The position numbers were made by a program, and so were the translations under genes. From a virus: a stretch of DNA of 64,000 nucleotides. Shown here one piece after another: positions 45,212 to 54,251 of this stretch; within the stretch, counting starts at the first letter, position 1; each line of letters begins with the position of its first letter. The DNA lies in the IMG/VR virus record IMGVR_UViG_3300025395_000007; one strand, 5' to 3'. The notes beneath the pieces are model-generated. The model made no database searches. It had not been told where the DNA came from and worked only from the letters and a program-made list of their open reading frames with translations.

Positions 45212-46789
45212 ATGGAATTAGATGTATCAAATGTAAACGTCAATACGGTAATTACTAGCACACCATTAAATATTAATGGGTTATATCTTGACAATGACAC
45301 AACAATTGGATCAAATGTTCAACTTGCAAGTTCTCTTGGTAGTGGTCTGCTTGGTTATCAATATAATTTCGGAGCCGCATTATACGGAGCTTCTTGGAAT
45401 GATATTTTCACATATAGTCTTCAGCCCAATAACGTATCTTATTTTACTGATTTAGATTTTAGATCTTTTGCAAATGGCGCACCATATAGTGCAGATAGTA
45501 CATATATGTTTACTGGATATTTTTTAGCTCCAGTTAGTGGTAATTGGAATTTTAATGTTACTGGGGATGGTGCTAGTGTATTTAATATGTGGGTTGGCGC
45601 CAATGCTGGGCTAGGCGTTGCTAATAGTTCTAATTATTTTTTAGATACCAGTAAATCTGTTACTGGCGCTAATATCTATATGAATAATCAATATCAAAAT
45701 AATTATTTTAATATTAAATTTACTGCAGGTGTATATACTCCTGTAAGAATATTATTGGGTACATACGTATCATCTGGATTTACTTTATCATTTGCTCCTC
45801 CAAATAATATAGCTACATCTAAATTTGGAACTAATTTAACTGGATATTTTTTCAATGATGCACCATATGTTAGAGTAGGTGCAGGAACATATGGCCAAAT
45901 TAATTCATATTCTAGTACATACAATACTTCAAATGCAAGTATAATAACTGCAAATTCAATTTCAGTTCCTACCCTTACCCTTGGTGGATTAACTTGGAAT
46001 GGTATTAATTTTCCTGGAGGCATGGGAGGTATTGTCAATACCCAATATGTTACTACAACTGGTAACTGGATAAATCCATTAAATGATGTTACTAATCCAA
46101 TACAACCTCTATTAACTGGTAATGAGCAAGTTTTAGTTATGTTGTGGGGTGCTGGTGGTGGAGCTTCTACTAATGGTGGTTATATCAATTGTGGTGGCGG
46201 TGGTGCCTTTGCTATGGGAACTTATAAACTTTCTGATTTATCTAGTTCAGTTTATGTTACAGTAGGAACAGGTGGAGCTGATGGGGGTCACAGCCAAGGT
46301 GGTGATGGTGGATATTCTCAATTTTTTGGGAATGGTAATATACTTTATGCTTATGGTGGCGGTGGCGGTGTTGAAGCCTCAACATCTGGAACAAGTGGAG
46401 CTGGTGGAGGTTTAATTTCTGCAGCCAGTACAAATACAGCAGGTGGACCATTAGGTGGAGCAGTGGCCACTAGTGGTGTTAACGGAGGCGACTCGACATT
46501 TGGTGGTGGTGGATCTGCATGGGCCAATACTAATGGAAATTATGGAAACGCTGGTTCTTCTGTTTATGGCGGTGGTGGTGGCGGACAATGGCTTACGAAT
46601 AAAAGTAGTTATCCAGGAAATTCTATATATGGTGGTGGCGGTGGTTCGGTAAACACTGTAATAAGTACTTCTATTTTTGGTGGCGCGGGTGGAAATAATT
46701 CATTTGCTCCTCTGACTCCTGGAGGCGGCGGTGGCGGTATACAAAAAAATGGCGCGGATGGCCAAGTTCGTATTTGGGTAATCAGGTAA
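45212..46789 (+). CDS. glycine-rich adhesin-like protein 3 with PA14-like domain
   Basis: FTGYFLAPVSGNWNF..D..MWVG..AGVYTPVRI (PA14/GLEYA-like); Gly-rich C-terminal domain ending GQVRIW. Confidence 0.7.
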   Translation: MELDVSNVNVNTVITSTPLNINGLYLDNDTTIGSNVQLASSLGSGLLGYQYNFGAALYGASWNDIFTYSLQPNNVSYFTDLDFRSFANGAPYSADSTYMFTGYFLAPVSGNWNFNVTGDGASVFNMWVGANAGLGVANSSNYFLDTSKSVTGANIYMNNQYQNNYFNIKFTAGVYTPVRILLGTYVSSGFTLSFAPPNNIATSKFGTNLTGYFFNDAPYVRVGAGTYGQINSYSSTYNTSNASIITANSISVPTLTLGGLTWNGINFPGGMGGIVNTQYVTTTGNWINPLNDVTNPIQPLLTGNEQVLVMLWGAGGGASTNGGYINCGGGGAFAMGTYKLSDLSSSVYVTVGTGGADGGHSQGGDGGYSQFFGNGNILYAYGGGGGVEASTSGTSGAGGGLISAASTNTAGGPLGGAVATSGVNGGDSTFGGGGSAWANTNGNYGNAGSSVYGGGGGGQWLTNKSSYPGNSIYGGGGGSVNTVISTSIFGGAGGNNSFAPLTPGGGGGGIQKNGADGQVRIWVIR

Positions 46790-46790
46790 C

Positions 46791-46798
46791 TATAAATA
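46791..46798 (+). promoter_or_regulatory. T4-type late promoter
   Basis: TATAAATA upstream of gp13. Confidence 0.85.
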
Positions 46799-46819
46799 GA
46801 ATAAAAACAGGAGTTACTA

Positions 46820-47557
46820 ATGGCGCTACCAACAAGCAGACCTCAATTTAAAGAATATTGCCTTCGTAAACTCGGTAAACCTGTCATTGAAATTAACGTC
46901 GATGATGATCAGGTAGAAGATCGTATTGATGAAGCTCTACGTTATTTCTGGGATTATCATTTCGATGGCTCAGATAAAATTTATTATAAGCATCAAGTAA
47001 GCGCACAAGACATAACTAATCGTTATGTTACTATGCCAGACAATATTATTGGTGTTGTTAATATTTTTGAAATTGGTCAAGCTCTTAATACCAACAACCT
47101 ATTCAACATTCGTTATCAGATCGCATTAAACGATCTGTATACGCTTACATCTGTTTCTATGGTTCCATATTATATGGCTATGCAGCATGTACAGTTCCTT
47201 GAACAAATGCTTGTCGGTAAACAGCCCCTAAGATATAACCGTCACCAAAATCAATGTTTTATTGATATGGATTGGAATATCATCAACGTTGGTGATTATC
47301 TAATTATTGAAGCATATCAAATCGTAGATCCAGACTTATTCACACGTTGTTGGGGTGATCGTTGGTTATCACGTTATGCTGAATGTCTTATTAAACAACA
47401 ATGGGGTCAAAACTTAAAAAAATTCGAAGGTATGCAAATGCCTGGAGGATTAAAGTTTAATGGTCAAAAAATATATGATGAAGCAACTCAAGAACGTGCA
47501 GAACTTGAGAAAGAAATGATGACTATAACTATACCTGTTTCAGATCAGATAGGTTAA
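46820..47557 (+). CDS. gp13: neck protein
   Basis: YCLRKLGKPVIEINVDDDQVEDRIDEAL, IKQQWGQNLKKF.G..PGG..NG. Confidence 0.95.
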   Translation: MALPTSRPQFKEYCLRKLGKPVIEINVDDDQVEDRIDEALRYFWDYHFDGSDKIYYKHQVSAQDITNRYVTMPDNIIGVVNIFEIGQALNTNNLFNIRYQIALNDLYTLTSVSMVPYYMAMQHVQFLEQMLVGKQPLRYNRHQNQCFIDMDWNIINVGDYLIIEAYQIVDPDLFTRCWGDRWLSRYAECLIKQQWGQNLKKFEGMQMPGGLKFNGQKIYDEATQERAELEKEMMTITIPVSDQIG

Positions 47558-47561
47558 GTTA

Positions 47562-48284
47562 ATGGCGACTAATTTCTTCTTCAATAATTTTCAATCATCT
47601 CAAGAGCAATTGCTTATTGAGAATTTGATTATTGAATCCATAAAAATTTATGGAGAAGATATGTATTATATTCCACGTCAGCTGAATAACTATGATTCAG
47701 TTTACGGAGCCGACGACCAATCAAGTTATATTCATGCATATCCAATTGAACTGTATATTAAATCGGTTAATGGTTTCTCAGGCGATGGTAATTTTATGTC
47801 TAAATTTGGTCTTGAAATTAGAGACCAAGTTGTATTTTCTATCGCCCAAAGAAGATTTAACGAGGATATCGCATCATATAATGCACAATTAAGACCAAAT
47901 GAAGGCGACCTTATATATTTCCCATTAAATAAAAAATGTTTCCAAATTAAATTTGTATCTAAGTTTGAGATGTTTTATCAGTTAGGTGCATTACAAACAT
48001 GGGAATTAACCTGTGAATTATTCGAATATTCAAATGAAACGATCAATACAGGTATTCCTGAAATTGATATTCTTCAGAAAAAATTCAGCACTAATCAATT
48101 AGATTGGACTATTAAAACTGAATCTGGAGATAGCATTATGACAGAAGATGGTAATTATATAGTTCTTGAAGGTGCTATACTAAACAAACTTCTAGTCGCC
48201 GCAGACAATGATGAAATACAGAAAGAATCAGATATGTTTATTGATTTCAGTTCAAATGATCCTTTCAGTGAAGGTAATGAATAA
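47562..48284 (+). CDS. gp14: neck protein
   Basis: EQLLIENLIIESIKIYG..YYIPR, SKFGLEIRD, RPNEGDLIYFP, FYQLG, CELFEYS. Confidence 0.95.
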   Translation: MATNFFFNNFQSSQEQLLIENLIIESIKIYGEDMYYIPRQLNNYDSVYGADDQSSYIHAYPIELYIKSVNGFSGDGNFMSKFGLEIRDQVVFSIAQRRFNEDIASYNAQLRPNEGDLIYFPLNKKCFQIKFVSKFEMFYQLGALQTWELTCELFEYSNETINTGIPEIDILQKKFSTNQLDWTIKTESGDSIMTEDGNYIVLEGAILNKLLVAADNDEIQKESDMFIDFSSNDPFSEGNE

Positions 48285-49111
48285 TGTTCGGTCAAACTTT
48301 TTACTTCAGCTTAATTCGTAAATATGTTATACTTATTGGAACTTTATTCAATGATATTCGTATTACAAAAGAGGGCGAATCTGGAGATGAAACAGCTCTT
48401 ATAAAAGTACCTGTTACATATGCTGCCAAAGATAAAATGCTTGCACGTGTTCTTCAAGACCCTAATCTTGATAGACAAACAGCAACAACGACATTACCTA
48501 TGATTTCATTTGAAATGGGCCAGATGAGATATGATGGAACTAGAAAATTAAACACAGTTGGTAGATCAGCTATTTCTAATAGCAATACTTACATGAATTA
48601 TCAATATAATCCAGTTCCATATAATATAGAATTTAAAGTTAGTATCTATGTTAAAAATACAGAAGATGGAACTAAAATTATAGAACAAATACTTCCATTT
48701 TTTACACCAGATTGGACAACTACTGTCAAATTAATTCCTGAGATGGAAATAGTACTAGATATACCAGTGATTTTAAATGATATTAAATATGAAGATAAAT
48801 ATGATGGCGACTTTAAAGAACGTAGAGCAATTATTTGGACTCTTGATTTGCTATTAAAAGGCACATTATATGGACCAGTTAAAAAAGGTGGCGTTATTAA
48901 ATTCGTTGAAGCAAATTTCCTTATACCTGCAAATGTGGATTCTACAGCTGTAGGTAATACTCCAGTTTCTGAATATATTACTATTCAGCCTGGACTTACT
49001 GCCAATGGCACCCCTACATCAAATGCAAGTTTATCTATTCCGTACGAAGAAATATTAGCAACAGACGATTATGGCTTTATTACGGAAATAACTAATGTAA
49101 AACCAAGTTGA
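48284..49111 (+). CDS. gp15: tail sheath stabiliser / terminator
   Basis: IRKYV..GTLFNDI, LPMISFE, PVPYNI, QILPFFTP, RRAIIWTL. Confidence 0.95.
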   Translation: MFGQTFYFSLIRKYVILIGTLFNDIRITKEGESGDETALIKVPVTYAAKDKMLARVLQDPNLDRQTATTTLPMISFEMGQMRYDGTRKLNTVGRSAISNSNTYMNYQYNPVPYNIEFKVSIYVKNTEDGTKIIEQILPFFTPDWTTTVKLIPEMEIVLDIPVILNDIKYEDKYDGDFKERRAIIWTLDLLLKGTLYGPVKKGGVIKFVEANFLIPANVDSTAVGNTPVSEYITIQPGLTANGTPTSNASLSIPYEEILATDDYGFITEITNVKPS

Positions 49112-49115
49112 AAAA

Positions 49116-49529
49116 ATGACAAATAATTCTAATAATGATCCTTTAAGTGAAGCTCTTGGAATAAATCCTCTACCAACTAATAGTACGGTACAGAATATTA
49201 TAGCAACAGCCCACAATGATAGTGCGCTCAATGATTTTGAAGCAGCTCGCGCTAATATACACGAAGTAATTCAAAATGGTCAAGAAGCTATATTCAAACT
49301 TGGACAAATTGCAGACAGCTCTCAACACCCAAGAGCGTTTGAAGTATTAGCAAAGCTTATGGATACTATGCTTCAAGCTAATAAAGATCTTCTAGATCTT
49401 CAAACTAAAATTAGAGAAATTAACGCTGTCGATGCACCTACAAATGCACAGGCTAAAAATATAACTAATAATCTTTTTGTCGGTTCTACTGCTGAATTAC
49501 AAAAGGTTATATCTGATATGAAATCATAA
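49116..49529 (+). CDS. gp16: terminase small subunit
   Basis: DFEAARAN, HPRAFEV, NNLFVGSTAELQK. Confidence 0.95.
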   Translation: MTNNSNNDPLSEALGINPLPTNSTVQNIIATAHNDSALNDFEAARANIHEVIQNGQEAIFKLGQIADSSQHPRAFEVLAKLMDTMLQANKDLLDLQTKIREINAVDAPTNAQAKNITNNLFVGSTAELQKVISDMKS

Positions 49530-51181
49530 TGTTAACTCCAGATTTAGGTAAAGTAGCCACTGGCTATAATGGTAATACTCTATTAAAACGTGCTAACCAA
49601 CCGATAGAGTGGACACCACAGCTAGTTCAAGAGTACATTAAATGCTCTAAAGATCCAGTATATTTTACTGAGTCTTATATGAAGATCGTAAACGTCGATA
49701 AAGGTCTTATTGGGTTTACACTTTATGATTACCAAAAGGAAATGTTACGTTCCTTTGCTGCTAACCGTTTTAATATTATTACTACGGCTCGTCAGGCGGG
49801 TAAGTCAACTACCACTTGCGCATTTATTCTTTGGTATATTATTTTCCATGCTGATAAAACTGTAGCTCTACTTGCCAACAAAGGCGATACTGCTCGTGAA
49901 ATTCTTGGGCGTATTCAGCTGGCGTATCAACATCTTCCAGTTTGGTTACAACAGGGCATCAAAGAATGGAATAAGGGTTCGATGGAACTCGAAAATGGTT
50001 CAAGAGTTATAGCTTCCGCTACCTCAACAGACGCCATCCGTGGTTATTCGATCAACCTTCTATTCATCGACGAAGCAGCCTTTATCGAAAACTGGGATGA
50101 CTTTTTTACATCGGTTTATCCTACGATTTCTTCTGGTTCTGAATCTAAGATTATTCTCGTTTCAACACCAAATGGGTTAAACCATTTCTATAGTATTTGG
50201 ATTAATGCTATAGAGAAACGCAACCAATACCAAAGTATTCGTGTTGCATGGGAGAATGTTCCTGGAAGAAACGAGGCTTGGAGGCAAGATACTCTTGCTG
50301 CAATGAACTTCGATAATGAGAAATTCAATCAGGAATATTGCTGTGAATTTCTAGGTTCTTCTGGAACTCTCATTGCAGGTTGGAAACTGAAGGAGATGGT
50401 TCACCAAACTCCATTGGTTAATAAAGAAGGATTGGCTCAGTATTTCCAACCAATTAAAGACCATGTATATATGATGGTGTGTGACGTTTCTCGAGGTAAA
50501 GGTTTAGATTACTCTGCATTCCAATTAATGGATGTCACATCAATGCCTTATCAACAGGCGTGTACATATAGAAATAATCATATTGGCCCTGCTGACTATG
50601 CTGAAGTTATACATAGAGTAGCAAAAGCATATAATAATGCATCAGTTCTTGTTGAAGTAAATGATATTGGTGAGCAGGTTGCTCATACTCTACACTATGA
50701 TTTGGGATATGAAAGTGTTCTCTTTACTGAAAATGCAGGTAGATCAGGTAAACGTATTACCAGCGGTTTCGGTGGAGGTAGCGTAGATAAAGGTATTCGT
50801 ACTACAAAAATTGTTAAATCAATTGGTTGTTCTATTTTAAAATTATTAATAGAACAAAATCAGCTTTTGATTAACGACTTTCATACTATTCATGAGTTTT
50901 CTACTTTCTCTAAGAAAGCTAACTCGTTTGAAGCTGAGTCTGGAAAACATGATGACATGGTTATGCCATTGGTGCTATTTGCTTGGCTTTCTGAACAGCA
51001 ATATTTTAAAGACTATACTAACATAAACACTCTCTTATCAATGAAAGAAAAGTCTGACGAAGATCTAGACCAAGACATGGTTCCTTTCGGATTTTTTGAG
51101 GATGGAAGAGATGAATATGATGAAACTATTGAAAAATTTGTGCCTGATAGTTGGATGTGGAATGTAAGAGAAGACTTTTAA
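49529..51181 (+). CDS. gp17: terminase large subunit
   Basis: Walker A RQAGKSTT, Walker B LFIDEAAF, STPNG, DVSRGKGLDYS, HDDMVM. Confidence 0.98.
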   Translation: MLTPDLGKVATGYNGNTLLKRANQPIEWTPQLVQEYIKCSKDPVYFTESYMKIVNVDKGLIGFTLYDYQKEMLRSFAANRFNIITTARQAGKSTTTCAFILWYIIFHADKTVALLANKGDTAREILGRIQLAYQHLPVWLQQGIKEWNKGSMELENGSRVIASATSTDAIRGYSINLLFIDEAAFIENWDDFFTSVYPTISSGSESKIILVSTPNGLNHFYSIWINAIEKRNQYQSIRVAWENVPGRNEAWRQDTLAAMNFDNEKFNQEYCCEFLGSSGTLIAGWKLKEMVHQTPLVNKEGLAQYFQPIKDHVYMMVCDVSRGKGLDYSAFQLMDVTSMPYQQACTYRNNHIGPADYAEVIHRVAKAYNNASVLVEVNDIGEQVAHTLHYDLGYESVLFTENAGRSGKRITSGFGGGSVDKGIRTTKIVKSIGCSILKLLIEQNQLLINDFHTIHEFSTFSKKANSFEAESGKHDDMVMPLVLFAWLSEQQYFKDYTNINTLLSMKEKSDEDLDQDMVPFGFFEDGRDEYDETIEKFVPDSWMWNVREDF

Positions 51182-51228
51182 TAAATAACATAAACAAAAT
51201 TATATTCTCGTTTAAAAGGAGAGAAAAA

Positions 51229-53547
51229 ATGGCAGTTCAACTAAGTCCAGGCGTTAATATTACGGAAATCGATCTTACTACAGTTGTTCCATCAGTTGCT
51301 AGTTCTGATGGTGCGATTGCTGGTGTATTCCGTTGGGGTCCAGTATCCCAAAGAGTACAAGTCGATTCAGAATCAAAATTGGTTAACTTATTCGGTAAAC
51401 CAACAAATTATAACGCTGAAACGTTTTTCACAGCGGCTAACTTCCTATCATATTCAAATAGCCTATATGTATCACGTGCAGCTAATACTAGCGGTGCTAC
51501 TCCAGTAGTTTCAGGTAACGTCACCGCAACCGCTGCTAACGTATATGTTTCAAATACAGCTGGTCTTTCGACTGGTATGTATGTAACTCAAATTACTAAT
51601 GCAAATGCATTTGTTCCTGCCATATCTACTGTAATTACCGCAATTGTTAATACCACTTGCTTTACTATGTCTAATACTTCTGGCGTAACAAATGGCGCTG
51701 TTGGTATCTATTTTGGTCACCCAGAAACATCATATACTGCTTTAGCTTTCGATCCAGTAACAGCGACTCCATATACTGCAAACCTTTCTAACCAGATTGT
51801 TACCAATTCAACTACATACTTAACAGTTAATGGTAATTTCGATACAGGCGTTAGCTACGTTGCAAGATATCCAGGTGCAATCGGTAATTCTTTAAGAATT
51901 TCTGTTTGTGATTCTGTAAATGCTTTCTCTTCAAACGTAACATATGCAAACGGTTATGCTAACTCTTCAGTTGGTACAGGCGCAGTTGCTGGAGCTGCTG
52001 GTTCTTATCAATACGGTGTAGTATCGTTTAATATTGGTAGCAATACAGCTTCTGTTGTGTTCTCTGGCCAGTCTAATGGTTTTGCTAATGCTGCTCAGTA
52101 TTCTGTCGGAGATCAGATCCTTGCAGGTAATGCAGCCATTGGTTTCCAATATTTACAAATTGCAAATACTTTATCAGTAACTGCAAACGTTGCTGCTAAT
52201 ACTACAACACTAACAATGCAGTTCCAAGCTCCTTATAGACTTGCTACAGCGTATTCAACTAGCACAGTTTCTCGTTACTGGGAATTCCATAATCTTGTTA
52301 ACGTTGCTCCAGGAACTTCTGATTACGTTATTAATAACGGTAACTCAGCTGCTATCGACGAGCTTCACGTTGTTGTTGTTGACGACAATGGTTTATTTAC
52401 TGGTACTCCAGGTACTATTCTTGAAACATTCGCGAATATGTCAAGAGCTACTGATTCTAAAACAGATGATAATTCTGTAAATTACTATAAAGAAGTAATT
52501 AACCAGAATTCGACATATATCTGGTGGGCAAATGATCGTTCAGGTTCTCCTTCAGCTAATGCTGCTCTTGTATCATCTTCAACTGATAGCAACCCATCAA
52601 ATATGCAGCTTGTTCTTGGTTCAGACGGTTTAGATGAAACAAATGCAAATAATCTTGCGATTATTGCAAATGCTTATAATTTATTCCAATCTGCAGAAGA
52701 TGTAGATATTTCTCTAGTTCTTCAGGGTCGTCCTCTTGGACCTTCTGGCCAGACTTATCAGCTAGCTAACTATATCATTGATAATATCGTAACACTTCGC
52801 GCCGATTGTATTGCTCTTATTTCACCAGACAAATCTCTTGAAATTGGCCAATATGGTTTAGAAGCAGCTAATCTAGTTGGTTGGAGAAATAATCTTCATT
52901 CTACTTCATACGCTGTAATGGATTCTGGCTACAAGTATCAATACGATCGTTACAACGATATCTATCGTTGGATTCCGTTGAATGGTGACGTTGCTGGTCT
53001 ATGCGCTCGTACAGATCAAACTAACGATGCATGGTGGTCACCTGCTGGTTTCAATCGCGGTCAAATCAAAAATATTGTTAAGTTAGCGTATAACCCAAAA
53101 CATACTGATCGTGATACTCTATATAAGAATGGTATTAATCCAGTTGTTGCATTCCCTGGACAGGGCATTGTTCTTTATGGCGATAAAACTCTTCAAGCAA
53201 AACCATCTGCATTCGACCGCATCAATGTTCGTCGTCTGTTCCTTGTTCTTGAAAAAGCAATATCAATCGCTGCAAAGTATTCGCTCTTTGAATTCAACGA
53301 TGCATTTACAAGATCACAGTTTAAAAATCTTGTAACTCCATACCTACGCACTATTCAAGGTCGTCGCGGTATTACTGACTTCTTAGTTGTCTGTGATGAC
53401 ACCAACAATACACCTACTATTGTTGATTCGAATCAGTTCGTTGGCGATATCTATATTAAGCCAGCTCGTTCTATCAACTTTATCCAATTGAATTTCGTAG
53501 CTGTTGCTACTGGTGTTCAGTTCTCCGAAGTTGTTGGTCAGTTTTAA
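51229..53547 (+). CDS. gp18: tail sheath protein
   Basis: SPGVNITEIDLT, WWSPAGFNRG, FDRINVRRLF, IKPARSINFIQLNFVA; start moved to ATG 51229 after AGGAG and an AATAAATA box at 51180. Confidence 0.97.
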   Translation: MAVQLSPGVNITEIDLTTVVPSVASSDGAIAGVFRWGPVSQRVQVDSESKLVNLFGKPTNYNAETFFTAANFLSYSNSLYVSRAANTSGATPVVSGNVTATAANVYVSNTAGLSTGMYVTQITNANAFVPAISTVITAIVNTTCFTMSNTSGVTNGAVGIYFGHPETSYTALAFDPVTATPYTANLSNQIVTNSTTYLTVNGNFDTGVSYVARYPGAIGNSLRISVCDSVNAFSSNVTYANGYANSSVGTGAVAGAAGSYQYGVVSFNIGSNTASVVFSGQSNGFANAAQYSVGDQILAGNAAIGFQYLQIANTLSVTANVAANTTTLTMQFQAPYRLATAYSTSTVSRYWEFHNLVNVAPGTSDYVINNGNSAAIDELHVVVVDDNGLFTGTPGTILETFANMSRATDSKTDDNSVNYYKEVINQNSTYIWWANDRSGSPSANAALVSSSTDSNPSNMQLVLGSDGLDETNANNLAIIANAYNLFQSAEDVDISLVLQGRPLGPSGQTYQLANYIIDNIVTLRADCIALISPDKSLEIGQYGLEAANLVGWRNNLHSTSYAVMDSGYKYQYDRYNDIYRWIPLNGDVAGLCARTDQTNDAWWSPAGFNRGQIKNIVKLAYNPKHTDRDTLYKNGINPVVAFPGQGIVLYGDKTLQAKPSAFDRINVRRLFLVLEKAISIAAKYSLFEFNDAFTRSQFKNLVTPYLRTIQGRRGITDFLVVCDDTNNTPTIVDSNQFVGDIYIKPARSINFIQLNFVAVATGVQFSEVVGQF

Positions 53548-53578
53548 TAAATAGATAAAACTCAAAGGAGTAATGTAG

Positions 53579-54193
53579 ATGCCTTTTAATATTAGTGCTT
53601 TCAAATCTAATGGTCTAGTATACGGTGGTACTAGACCATCCCTCTTCAATGTATTCATGTCAGTACCAACTGGCATTGGTATCGACAATGTTTCAGTAGA
53701 CAAGTTTCGTTTCGTCTGCCGTGCAGCTGAACTACCAGATTCAACTGTAGCTTCAATCGACGTTCCATATTTTGGTCGTAAAATTAAAGTTGCTGGCGAA
53801 CGTACTTTCTCTGATTGGTCAGTAACAGTAATGAATGACGAAGATTTCGCTGTTCGTGCATTGTTCGAAACATGGTCAAACGGTCTTAATCGTCTTGTAT
53901 CAAATGTTCGCGATCCTAACCTTAACTTCGAACTTTATAAGCAAGACCTTGAAGTTATTCAATATGGTAAAGACGGTTCTGAACTTAGATCATATCTAAT
54001 AGTTGGAGCTTTCCCAACCACTATTGGTCCAATTGCTCTAGACTGGGATTCAGCTAACCAAGTTGAAACATTCACAGTTAACTTTGCTTATGATTATTGG
54101 ATTCCAGGAATCGAAGCTTCTGATAAAAAAGCTGGTGGCGTAAACGTCTATGGCCAAGCAGCTCTCGAAGATGGCCCAGCTGGTCCAGCCTAA
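53579..54193 (+). CDS. gp19: tail tube protein
   Basis: GGTRPSLF, AAELP.S, VPYFGRKIKVAGERTF.DW..TVMNDEDF, F.V.FAYDYW. Confidence 0.97.
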   Translation: MPFNISAFKSNGLVYGGTRPSLFNVFMSVPTGIGIDNVSVDKFRFVCRAAELPDSTVASIDVPYFGRKIKVAGERTFSDWSVTVMNDEDFAVRALFETWSNGLNRLVSNVRDPNLNFELYKQDLEVIQYGKDGSELRSYLIVGAFPTTIGPIALDWDSANQVETFTVNFAYDYWIPGIEASDKKAGGVNVYGQAALEDGPAGPA

Positions 54194-54212
54194 ATATTAT
54201 TACAGTGATAAC

Positions 54213-54241
54213 GGAGAGGGGATAAAACCCCTCTCCATTTT
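54213..54241 (+). terminator. hairpin terminator/attenuator between gp19 and gp20
   Basis: GGAGAGGGG-ATAAAA-CCCCTCTCC followed by ATTTT. Confidence 0.7.
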
Positions 54242-54251
54242 GGAGATTTAA

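Noticed and set aside
43560-46760. GGTGGCGGT-type repeats as CRISPR or VNTR
   Set aside because: They are glycine codon runs inside ORFs, with no constant repeat-spacer periodicity
31741-46789. Diversity-generating retroelement acting on the Mtd_N-containing fibres
   Set aside because: No reverse transcriptase in the window and no ~100-nt template/variable repeat pair differing only at adenines; the repeats found are short and exact
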